From a bacterium UBP13_UBA5359 (GTDB taxonomy: Bacteria; UBP13; UBA5359): 32,120 nucleotides of DNA. This document shows positions 19,138-27,222 of the stretch, in pieces (positions within the stretch are counted from its first letter, which is position 1; each line of letters starts with the position of its first letter). Under the pieces are notes generated by a model. That model was not told where the DNA came from. It was given only the letters and a program-made list of their open reading frames with translations, and did no database searches. A program made the position numbers and the translations under genes. Location: the NCBI GenBank assembly GCA_002410925.1, contig DHPR01000023.1, positions 1-32,120 on the forward strand, in the 5' to 3' direction.

Positions 19138-20130
19138 ATGAAGTGCGCATTACTGCTGAAAGAAGACATATGCGGCAAAATTTTCGGTGAACAAATGATT
19201 GATGATCTCTCCAGGGTTGTTGAGATTATAGGGCGGCCGCAGCCGGAAGTAAGGATTGATTATGTGATGGACCTAATCGGCGAAGCGGATATTGCTATTA
19301 CCTCCTGGGGGAGCGTAAAGCTCGAAAAGGCCGTCCTGGACCGTGCCCGCAACCTGAAACTGGTGGCACATGCGGCCGGAAGCGTTAAACCGGTGATCAG
19401 CCGGGATTTCATCCACAGGAACATTCCCATAACTACAGCAGCCCCGGCCATAGGCATAGGAGTGGCCGATTACTGTATGGGAGCTATCCTGATGGGCGGC
19501 AAGCGGCTGAAAGAGCAGATGCAGGCGGTGGATGCCGGAGGCTGGAAATGTAAGGAGTCGGCTAAGGCCATGGAGCTCTTTGGTGCCGTGGTGGGCATAG
19601 TGGGAGCCGGCTTTGTCGGGCGCCGATTGATAAAGTATCTCCAAGCCTTCGAAGTTACCACCATATGGGTATTCGATCCGTATTTGTCGGAAGAGGGAGC
19701 ATCCGCCCTGGGTGTCGAAAAGAGAAGCCTTGAAGATATCTTCTCCCACTGCGATTACATAAGCATCAACGCTCCCTCCACCAAAGAGACGGAAGGCATG
19801 ATCGCAGCGAGTCTGCTTCATAAAATCAAAGATAACGCCCTCTTTATCAATACCGCCCGCGGCGCTATCGTAGATGAGCAGGCGCTGATAAGGGAATTGA
19901 AAACGGGCAGGTTCTGTGCTTTTATCGATGTGACCGAACCCGAGCCGCCAGCGCCGGATCATCCTCTGCGCAATCTGCCCAATGTAGTGATGACACCGCA
20001 TATAGCCGGTGCCGTCTCAAGAAATCTGCGGCGGATAGGAGATCTTGCTTTAAAGGAAATCAACAGCTTTGTCAACGGTAAGTCGCTGCAATATCCTGTA
20101 GACCTGAGTAAAATAGATTGCATAGCCTGA
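19138..20130 (+). CDS. D-isomer-specific 2-hydroxyacid dehydrogenase
   Basis: HAAGSVK, VGIVGAGFVGR, FDPY, FINTARGAIVDEQAL, DVTEPEP, TPHIAG. GGAGG RBS. Confidence 0.95.
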   Translation: MKCALLLKEDICGKIFGEQMIDDLSRVVEIIGRPQPEVRIDYVMDLIGEADIAITSWGSVKLEKAVLDRARNLKLVAHAAGSVKPVISRDFIHRNIPITTAAPAIGIGVADYCMGAILMGGKRLKEQMQAVDAGGWKCKESAKAMELFGAVVGIVGAGFVGRRLIKYLQAFEVTTIWVFDPYLSEEGASALGVEKRSLEDIFSHCDYISINAPSTKETEGMIAASLLHKIKDNALFINTARGAIVDEQALIRELKTGRFCAFIDVTEPEPPAPDHPLRNLPNVVMTPHIAGAVSRNLRRIGDLALKEINSFVNGKSLQYPVDLSKIDCIA

Positions 20131-20215
20131 GTTGCAGGGGCCTTTAAGGAATAAGCCGCCATATCAAAAAATATATTTATGTTGAGCGAACTAAAAGTAT
20201 CTTGGGGGAGAAGTA

Positions 20216-21319
20216 ATGAATAGCCGTGAAAGATTCATCAGGACATTGCTCGGCCGGGATGTTGATCGGGTACCGTTTATAAAAGTATTCGGTGGAAAGA
20301 ATACCATCCTGCCTCAATGGGAAGAGGAGATGGCTGGATTATCTATATGCATTGATAATCTGTTGCAGTTTGAAGGGGCAGATCGGGGATGGCAGAGATC
20401 GCCGGTTAACATGCGCCTTTCGCAACGAGGGATACCGGTGGTAATAAAGGAAACGGATGAAGAGGTTGTCAGCAAATGGAATGACGGCACTATTGATGTT
20501 TACCGTCCCGGCATGGATTATTATCGCCACACTATCGAATGGCCGGTTAAGACGAAAAAAGATTGGGATTACGTTAAGGAGCATCACCTTCAAGCTGATG
20601 ACCCTGAACGCTTTCCAGCCGATTGGCATGAATATTTACAAAAAGCAAAGAATCGCGATTATCCTTTACAGCTTTTCCACGGAGGTGTCTATGGCTTTGC
20701 GCGTACATTGATGGGTGATGTAAATCTTGCTTATGCTTTCTATGATTGCCCGGAATTAATACATGAAATAATGGATTATTATACGGAAATGGTTATCAGT
20801 ATCTGGACGAAAATGGTCCGTGAAACAGATTATGACCTGATTGAATGTTGGGAAGATATGGCGTGCAAAAGCGGCATGCTCGTATCTTCGAAAATCTTTC
20901 AGGAGTTTATCCGGCCGCGTTATCTTAGAATTGCGCAATTTGCGCGACAGTATGATATCAAAATTATTCTGGTGGATTCCGATGGTCTTATCGACGAGTT
21001 AACAGAATTACTGCTGGAGAGCGGGGTCACGTCAATCTATCCATATGAAGTACAAGCAGGCAATGATGTTGCCGCGATGCTGGAGCGATTCCCGAAGCTG
21101 AGCATTATCGGAGGCCTGGATAAAAATGTGATGGCTAAAGGCAAGCCGTATATTGATGAAGAATTAGAAAAAGCGCGTGAATTTATACAAAAAGGACGAT
21201 ATATCCCCGGTCCCGATCACTTTGTATTATCGGATGTTTCATGGAAAGATTATCGATATTTTATGGAGGGCCTTAGAGAAGTAGTAATGACTACCAAGCC
21301 CGGTATTTGCAAAGGATAG
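20216..21319 (+). CDS. Uroporphyrinogen decarboxylase (URO-D/MtaA-CmuA-like) family protein
   Basis: MNSRERF..DRVP, WPVK, GVYGFARTLMG..L.YAFYD.PELIHEIMD, WEDMACKSG.LVS, VDSDG, IGGLDK, GRYIPGPDH. Confidence 0.85.
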   Translation: MNSRERFIRTLLGRDVDRVPFIKVFGGKNTILPQWEEEMAGLSICIDNLLQFEGADRGWQRSPVNMRLSQRGIPVVIKETDEEVVSKWNDGTIDVYRPGMDYYRHTIEWPVKTKKDWDYVKEHHLQADDPERFPADWHEYLQKAKNRDYPLQLFHGGVYGFARTLMGDVNLAYAFYDCPELIHEIMDYYTEMVISIWTKMVRETDYDLIECWEDMACKSGMLVSSKIFQEFIRPRYLRIAQFARQYDIKIILVDSDGLIDELTELLLESGVTSIYPYEVQAGNDVAAMLERFPKLSIIGGLDKNVMAKGKPYIDEELEKAREFIQKGRYIPGPDHFVLSDVSWKDYRYFMEGLREVVMTTKPGICKG

Positions 21320-21343
21320 GGATTGTATGCCTGCCCCCCGATT

Positions 21344-22159
21344 TTAATAAAGCCCCAGCCATCCCGCTGCTGTGCCGCCCATAATCTCATGCTGAATCTC
21401 TTTTGGCACCCCAATTCGTGCAAGCGTGTGGTTGTACCAGTCTTGTGCCGCCTCAAAGGGTGTGCGTATACTTGTGTAGGAATCGGAGCCCAGAAGCAGC
21501 TTGTGAAAATAGCTGAATGTAGAATCTATCTCCTTTGACGGGTCGGAGAGGAGTTCTGCAAGATCATGGGAGCGCACCGTAAACCAGCTTCCGCATCCGG
21601 CAAGGTCTGCATAAAGATTTTGGTGAAGCCGAATCATCTCCGCACCTTCCTGCCGGAAGAGTGTGGTTCCCATGTGGGCCATAACAATCTTCAGATTTGG
21701 GAATGAGCGAGCGATTCTATCCAGCGTGAGGGGGCGCATATTCGTAAGCATGGGGCGCTGGTGAAGTGCGTCTGCCTTGCACGCTCTCCAGAGGCCGGTA
21801 TGGAATACGGCGGGGAGCCCCGCCTCTTCCGCCTTCTGGTATGCGGGCATGTAGAGATCGTGGTCATATGGGTGGTAGGGGGAGATGAACTTAAGCCCGC
21901 GGAAACCCTGTTTAGCAAATTTATCTATTTCATTGGTATCCACCCTGTCCCATAGATCTACAAATGCAAAGGGTACAAGCACGTCAGGATGTGCCTTTGC
22001 CACCGCAAGCGTCTCTTCATTGGTGCAGTAGTGGTGGCCGCACCTTGGACCTACGGAGTAAATACAGGCAGCAGTCTCATTCTTCCGGCACATCCCGGCA
22101 AAGGCTTCTACCTCTGCCGGATCTGTAGTATCACAGTGTGTATGAATATCTAATCTCAT
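21344..22159 (-). CDS. Amidohydrolase family 2 protein
   Basis: DIHTH, GFRGLK, PAVFHTG, FPNLKIVMAHMG, NLYADL, KLLLGSD. ORF track start is 22189; ATG at 22159 follows GGAGG. Confidence 0.9.
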   Translation of the reverse strand: MRLDIHTHCDTTDPAEVEAFAGMCRKNETAACIYSVGPRCGHHYCTNEETLAVAKAHPDVLVPFAFVDLWDRVDTNEIDKFAKQGFRGLKFISPYHPYDHDLYMPAYQKAEEAGLPAVFHTGLWRACKADALHQRPMLTNMRPLTLDRIARSFPNLKIVMAHMGTTLFRQEGAEMIRLHQNLYADLAGCGSWFTVRSHDLAELLSDPSKEIDSTFSYFHKLLLGSDSYTSIRTPFEAAQDWYNHTLARIGVPKEIQHEIMGGTAAGWLGLY

Positions 22160-22462
22160 AATGTCCTCCGGTAACATTTCCCTCTGCACAAAGACGTGGG
22201 GATTCTTGATAGTAATTCCCTTATAATAGCATTTATGATTGGTTTGGTATAGCTACATAGTCTGATCGATTTCAACTAACTGATTTCAGCTATATCTCCG
22301 GGTTTATATACACTTGAACCCGGTGCGGACAGGAAACGCTTGCAGGGCGGAGGGGTATAAGTGGTCAAGCCGCCGGGCTGTCAAATGTGTAGACCTGACT
22401 CCGGTTATCAATTTCGATCCGAAGATTATTTCGAGTAGATTTTTAATGAGGCAATTCAGCAC

Positions 22463-22511
22463 TTGACACAGGAGCATGACAGCCTTATACTGGTACAGTA
22501 AGATGTACCAG
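22463..22511 (+). promoter_or_regulatory. Promoter/operator cassette copy 1
   Basis: TTGACA (22463), 17 bp spacer, TATACT (22486). The overlapping perfect palindrome CTGGTACA-GTAAGA-TGTACCAG spans 22490-22511. Confidence 0.88.
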
Positions 22512-22531
22512 ATGTCATCCTGGTGGTATCA

Positions 22532-22626
22532 GTGAAAGAAAAAAGCATATTTATAGGTAATGCGTTTCAGACCGGCCCCAGGGTGCACAGGACGGGTTTT
22601 GCAGCCCGGCACGGCATGCTCACCGT
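22532..22626 (+). pseudogene. Fragments of a deleted copy of the GntR/LacI regulator
   Basis: GTGAAAGAAAAA matches the regulator start (27223). CCAGGGTGCACAGGACGGGTTTTGCAGCCCGGCAC matches 27497-27531 (PRVHRTGFAARH vs ARMHKIGFVTWH). MLTV matches EMLTVD. Confidence 0.7.
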
Positions 22627-22699
22627 CGGCGGCTATGCAAAACGGCCGCCGGCAAGGCCTTCTATTGCCGGAGCGGCAAGCAAAGGGAGGGTGATATAC

Positions 22700-25600
22700 T
22701 TGAAAACTTACAGATATGCTTTGATCATAATTGCAGTGATCTTATGTCCCTGCGCTTCTCACGCCAGGACGCCGAAAGGGCTTGAAAAAGAGGTAAAGTC
22801 CTTGCCGATGGCGATATTCTCGCAACGTCTCGACATATCGAAGGCCGTCGATGAGACCGGAAGATGGAAGTATGTAAAGATCAAGGAAGCGCCCGATGTG
22901 AATCTTCTTACAGGTTCGGGTGAATCTGGCTATATTCCCTTTACGGTTATCTCTCCCGGCAGGCACAGCATCTGGCTCAGGTTTTATACCGATAAAGATA
23001 GAGCCGCCAACATTCTGGCGATCGTGCGTGCTCCTAACGGAGAGGCTCTTTGTGCTGAGCGTATCGATGCACCGATTCACAGGCTCAACCCGGCCAAACC
23101 TTATCTTGAGCAGAAGATCAGCCGTGAAGCAGGATTCCGCTTCTGCAGGTTCGAGACGGTATTTGAATATCCCGGTGCATATTCTATTAACCTTTCCAAC
23201 GCCGTCGTCCGCGAAGGAGGCAGACGACTTATCGAAAGCATCTACATAAGCAACGACGCGGCTTTCGATCCGGCCGTGAAACCCGCCGTTTCGACGATGC
23301 CGCCTCAAGCGATTGCAGGGGTTCCCGCAGGCTTTTTGCCGGCAAAGGTTTATCCGCTGTATGTTTCCCTTTATACCGGCATCCGGGATGCAAAAAAACG
23401 ATTCAAAACGGGGCTGATTCAAAACGGGGCCGTATACCTCGATCCCTCTGCCATGGTATTGATGGGTGTCACGCACCAGCAGGGGATATGGTGTGGCAAC
23501 GAAAAGATAAATTGCGGCCTTCTTACCTTCGGGCTTGGGGGCACACTCTATGGTAACAGCCCTGCGTTTGTAAAATCCGCCAAGTCCCCGGAAGGGCGCT
23601 TCGTCAATGCCGAAGGGACCGTAGGTTCCGGATTCAGCCTTTCCTATGATCCTGCCTTGCAGGATGCCCTGGCGAACGGCAGGGAGAATATGCTCAAGTT
23701 GATTGGCGACAGGGCGATGGACAGGACGATAGATGCCTGGTGCATCTGCGGCGAGGCAGGCGGAAATCTTGATTATAGTTCTTATTCCGTGGAGAAATTC
23801 CGCGCCTGGCTGAAGGATAAATACAGCACCATCGAAAGGCTGAACAGCGCCTGGCGTTCCGATTTCAAGGACTTTACAGCTATATATCCGGCAAAGAATC
23901 CTGAAGAGAATAAGACCAACTGGCTGGAATTCCGCGATTTTTCAAGCAAGTTATTTGCAACGGGCATAACACAGTCGGTCAAAACCGTCAATTCAGCCGA
24001 TCCTTTGAAGAGGCCGGCGACAACCCAGCTTTCCAACCTTGATCTCTTTGCCTCCGACTATGCCCGTTTCCGTCCGAACAACTTTGAGGATATGATCCTT
24101 ATCGGTCTTAAAGAGACCGATAACATAGGCTGGGACGCCTACTGCGCCGATGATTATATGGGTGCCGAGATGGACCTGATGGATTCCCTCGGCCGCGGCA
24201 AGAAGATGCTTCAGCGAGAGTTCAATACCCATAATCAGAATGTGGAGATTGCCGCCCGCACATACTGGACGATCTTTGGCAAGGGCGCCAAGGGTATTTC
24301 GCTTTTCCAGTTTCATGAAGGCGGAGGGCACGATTCTTACCCGAAATGGGCGCTGACCAACAAGGATATGACCCCGCGTGACAAGCTGGGCGCCTTCAGC
24401 GATCAGATGCAGGAGATCCACCGCATGGAAAACATCGTCGCCGGGGCCAGGAAGATCTATCCGGTGAAACCGGTGGCCATATTCTACAACAAGATAGATA
24501 TGACCCTCTCGAAGGCGCCGCTTGCTTCGTCGTGGGGAGAAGGCATCGATACTCCTTACCATCTCTACGAAATGCTTCGCGGGCGCGGCTATCCGGTGAC
24601 CTTCACTACCGACAGCCAGATCCGCGACGGCTTCCTGAAGAACTTCAGCGCGGTGGTCTTTGCCGATGCGCAGCATATATCCGCCGAGGCCTGCGACAGA
24701 ATAGTCGAATGGGTCAATGCCGGCGGCACGGTCATAGGAGATACCTGGCCGGGCGCCTATACGGAATTGGGGCATCGCCAGAATACTCTTCTTGATCTAT
24801 TCGGCATTCGTCCCCGCGATATCAAAAAAGTGGATAAGATAAAGCTGGAGGAATCCCCTCAGGGTTACGGAGAAATAACCGTAACCGCTATAAACCCCGA
24901 CACCCTTTACAACACGGTCATGGAGACGTGGCAACAGTGGGATTCTCAGCATCCGGTCGCCAGGAAGACCGGCAACTGGATGTTCAGCGGTTACGGCCGG
25001 TCGGATATTGTTTGTACGGCCGGAGAGGTTGTGGGCATGGTATTCGACGGGCATCCCGGTGCGGTTATCAACCGCACCGGTAAAGGGCATAGCCTCTATA
25101 TCTCCACGATGCTGGGATCACTCTACGGAGGCGCTGCTTCCAGGTATGAATGGGATTCTGCCCATTCCGATCTATCGGCGCCTCGCCTGCTTGATGCCTT
25201 TCTGGAATTTGCCGGCATCAAAAAGCTTTCCGTTGCCGGACTTTCGGAACTGCAAGCATACAAGCTGCGTGTCGAGGCCCCGCTGATCGACGAGAAGGGC
25301 AACGGTATTGTCACCATGGTAAGCTACAATGATACCCCTCTTCCGGCATTTCATTTGAAAGTCGCCTGGCCTGCCGGGGTCAAGCTTCCTGTAAAGATAT
25401 TCAGCGTGACCGGGGGAAGCCGGAAAGCGGTGGAACTTCCTTTCAAGTTCACTAACGGCAGCATCGAGCTGGATGTGCCGGGGTTCAACTCGCATGCCGC
25501 GCTTCTGGCGATCAGCGATTCCGTTCCTCTGCTCTCCCTGGAGTTTACAGATGCGAGCCGCGGCGTTGCCGGCCTGGTCACCATGACCCCGAACAGGAAA

Positions 25601-25873
25601 GCAAAGGTCAGGGTTACCGTTCATAACGTCTCCGGCAAAGCGGTCTCCGGCAGGGTTACGGCCCGTATTCCCGAAGGCTGGTTCTATGACAAAGAGTCGG
25701 TTGCTGTAGGAAAGATAGCCCCCTGGCGGTCGGCGACAGCTGTCTTTACGATCAAAGCGCCCTCCTTCTGTGCGGCCAGGCGGGTTCGCCCGATCTCCTT
25801 TCTCTTCGAGGGCGACAGAGCATGCTCTATGCCGGCAACCGAAGCGGTCTGGTGGCAGGCAAAAGAAAAGTAA
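22700..25873 (+). CDS. Large secreted multidomain GH42-like glycoside hydrolase
   Basis: Signal peptide from TTG 22700 after GGGAGG; the 22523 extension in the ORF track is regulator debris. Motifs DYS..SVEKFRAWLKDKYSTIERLNSAW, WLEFRDF, QREFN, GAKGISLFQF. It has a trimerisation domain (PVAIFY..WVNAGGTVI) and a C-terminal NEW3-like Ig domain (VTVHN..PEGW). Confidence 0.8.
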   Translation: MKTYRYALIIIAVILCPCASHARTPKGLEKEVKSLPMAIFSQRLDISKAVDETGRWKYVKIKEAPDVNLLTGSGESGYIPFTVISPGRHSIWLRFYTDKDRAANILAIVRAPNGEALCAERIDAPIHRLNPAKPYLEQKISREAGFRFCRFETVFEYPGAYSINLSNAVVREGGRRLIESIYISNDAAFDPAVKPAVSTMPPQAIAGVPAGFLPAKVYPLYVSLYTGIRDAKKRFKTGLIQNGAVYLDPSAMVLMGVTHQQGIWCGNEKINCGLLTFGLGGTLYGNSPAFVKSAKSPEGRFVNAEGTVGSGFSLSYDPALQDALANGRENMLKLIGDRAMDRTIDAWCICGEAGGNLDYSSYSVEKFRAWLKDKYSTIERLNSAWRSDFKDFTAIYPAKNPEENKTNWLEFRDFSSKLFATGITQSVKTVNSADPLKRPATTQLSNLDLFASDYARFRPNNFEDMILIGLKETDNIGWDAYCADDYMGAEMDLMDSLGRGKKMLQREFNTHNQNVEIAARTYWTIFGKGAKGISLFQFHEGGGHDSYPKWALTNKDMTPRDKLGAFSDQMQEIHRMENIVAGARKIYPVKPVAIFYNKIDMTLSKAPLASSWGEGIDTPYHLYEMLRGRGYPVTFTTDSQIRDGFLKNFSAVVFADAQHISAEACDRIVEWVNAGGTVIGDTWPGAYTELGHRQNTLLDLFGIRPRDIKKVDKIKLEESPQGYGEITVTAINPDTLYNTVMETWQQWDSQHPVARKTGNWMFSGYGRSDIVCTAGEVVGMVFDGHPGAVINRTGKGHSLYISTMLGSLYGGAASRYEWDSAHSDLSAPRLLDAFLEFAGIKKLSVAGLSELQAYKLRVEAPLIDEKGNGIVTMVSYNDTPLPAFHLKVAWPAGVKLPVKIFSVTGGSRKAVELPFKFTNGSIELDVPGFNSHAALLAISDSVPLLSLEFTDASRGVAGLVTMTPNRKAKVRVTVHNVSGKAVSGRVTARIPEGWFYDKESVAVGKIAPWRSATAVFTIKAPSFCAARRVRPISFLFEGDRACSMPATEAVWWQAKEK

Positions 25874-25880
25874 CAGGCAT

Positions 25881-25929
25881 TTGACAAAAAAGCATGACAG
25901 CCCTATACTGGTACAATAAGATATACCAG
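25881..25929 (+). promoter_or_regulatory. Promoter/operator cassette copy 2
   Basis: TTGACA (25881), 17 bp spacer, TATACT (25904). Operator CTGGTACA-ATAAGA-TATACCAG (25908-25929). Confidence 0.88.
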
Positions 25930-25996
25930 TCCTTCTCTGACTACTTTGGCGGTCCTTTTTTTGAATTGGGCAGAGAGCCGGCCGGTTTAGAGATGA
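25930..25996 (+). pseudogene. 3' fragments of a deleted copy of the GntR/LacI regulator
   Basis: TCCTTCTCTGACTACTTTGGCGGTCC..TGAATTGGGCAGAGAGCCGGCCGGTTT matches 28164-28223. It is followed by AGAGATGA, matching the regulator stop region at 28313-28320. Confidence 0.88.
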
Positions 25997-26053
25997 GGGG
26001 TGCGCGAGTAAGCTCGTTAAATATAAATAATAAAGATAAGCGGAGGTGTCGTT

Positions 26054-26767
26054 ATGAAAAGAATTAATTCGGGTTTTACACTTACAGAGTTTCTGGTCGC
26101 TATTGCCATTACTGCTTTGCTGTCTGCCATACTTTTTCCGGTATTCAGCAGAGCCCGGGCTAAAGATCAACAGGCAGCCTGTGCAAGCAATCTCAAACAG
26201 ATATATAATGGCCTCATGATGTATGCCGCCGATTACGACGGCAATCTGCCGTTGGCGGACGCCAATCAGCAGGGCTACGGATGGGCATTGGCAATACTGC
26301 CCTATTCGACCGGTACCAAGCAGGGCAACGTCTTTCCGGCAGATGGTATCTTTACCTGCCCGGCCGCTGTTCTGCTGTTTCCGAGCCCTCCCAACCCTGA
26401 TCACTGGCGGTTGACTTACGGCTTCAATATTTATGTGGGCACGTATGGCGGCGGCTCCTTGATATCCGGAAACGTGCCTGCGGGGTTGCAGGCGGCGAAG
26501 GAGGGGCCGCATGCGGACAGGGTGGTGCTGTGCATGGATTCCTTACACCATAGTATTACCTGGCCCGGATCTGAAATTATCTGGTCCAATCCGAACTATA
26601 CCTATGCGCATAATGAGAATAAGGCGGCACGTACGGCGGAGGTCAACGTACTTTTTATCAACGGCAATGTAAGGCGTCTCAAATACCCGGAAGAGAAGGG
26701 CACTTGCATGATCGGGCCCTATCTGCGCACTGCCGGCCCGCATGTGTATGAAGAGTTTCCCCGTTAA
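26054..26767 (+). CDS. Prepilin-type DUF1559-like protein (pilin-like 4)
   Basis: [47 protein letters not shown], and C-terminal [20 protein letters not shown]. Confidence 0.92.
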   Translation: MKRINSGFTLTEFLVAIAITALLSAILFPVFSRARAKDQQAACASNLKQIYNGLMMYAADYDGNLPLADANQQGYGWALAILPYSTGTKQGNVFPADGIFTCPAAVLLFPSPPNPDHWRLTYGFNIYVGTYGGGSLISGNVPAGLQAAKEGPHADRVVLCMDSLHHSITWPGSEIIWSNPNYTYAHNENKAARTAEVNVLFINGNVRRLKYPEEKGTCMIGPYLRTAGPHVYEEFPR

Positions 26768-26803
26768 AACCCACTATATCGGTCGGCAAGGAGGCGTATG
26801 ATT

Positions 26804-26863
26804 ATGCGCTTGATAACTTGGCCGATTGCGGTGATACGGACTCTTGCAGCTAACCGAGAATGA
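26804..26863 (+). pseudogene. Remnant of the start of the 29116 gene
   Basis: CAAGGAGG..ATGCGCTTGATAACTTGGCCGATTGCGGTGATAC (MRLITWPIAVI) vs CAAGGAGG..ATGCGTTTGATAGCTCTGGCAATTGCAGCGATAC (MRLIALAIAAI). Confidence 0.75.
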
Positions 26864-26931
26864 CCGGAAAATATTCAGTGCGCAAGTCCGCGAATGCTGC
26901 TCAGGTTAATATCCGCTAACACAGATAGGGA

Positions 26932-26952
26932 GGGCGGGCCTGAGGCCCGCCC
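26932..26952. terminator. GC-rich hairpin
   Basis: GGGCGGGCC-TGA-GGCCCGCCC, a perfect 9-bp stem. The U-tail is weak, so terminator function is uncertain. Confidence 0.45.
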
Positions 26953-26962
26953 GAGGTTGTTT

Positions 26963-27082
26963 TCAGACCATATGGTCGCCAATAATGCGTTTGCCTATCC
27001 GGGCGGCATGCATCAGGGATTGGGCGCAGGCGTTGCTAATCTTACGGGCTTTGCCGGCAGCAAGGCGATGGATTTCATCACC
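26963..27082 (-). pseudogene. Fragment resembling the C-terminus of a transposon-associated ExeA-type AAA ATPase
   Basis: DEIHRLAAGKARKISNACAQSLMHAARIGKRIIGDHMV recalls the ExeA-family tail (EI..SxG.xR.IN.xC..SL......RIIDDHMV). No Walker motifs remain. Confidence 0.5.
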
Positions 27083-27154
27083 AGGGGGCAGGGGTTGTAG
27101 GAGTTTATGTTGAAGTTCAGTAGAAAGCGGATTTCCTCCGGGCAATGCGGGCAT

Positions 27155-27202
27155 TTGATAAAAAACATGACAGCTCTATACTGGTACAATAAGATATATC
27201 AG
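27155..27202 (+). promoter_or_regulatory. Promoter/operator cassette copy 3 (regulator's own promoter)
   Basis: TTGATA (27155), 16 bp spacer, TATACT (27177). Operator CTGGTACA-ATAAGA-TATATCAG (27181-27202). Confidence 0.82.
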
Positions 27203-27222
27203 GTAGCGTGCGGGTGATATTT

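Larger units (their letters stand above)
25876..26837 (+). repeat. Duplicated unit (internally deleted copy of 27150-29150)
   Basis: Promoter, regulator fragments, intergenic region, pilin gene, and the RBS and first codons of the following gene are all colinear with 27150-29150. Confidence 0.9.

Noticed and set aside
20216-21319. Calling this gene hemE
   Set aside because: It lacks the HemE N-terminal WxMRQAGR motif and has no tetrapyrrole gene context.
22523-22699. N-terminal 59-aa extension of the GH42-like ORF
   Set aside because: The signal peptide and RBS point to TTG 22700; the extension consists of regulator remnants.
25172-26512. 446-aa minus-strand ORF spanning two genes and a promoter
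   Set aside because: It is antisense to the GH42-like and pilin 4 genes, crosses pseudogene debris, and has no domain signal.
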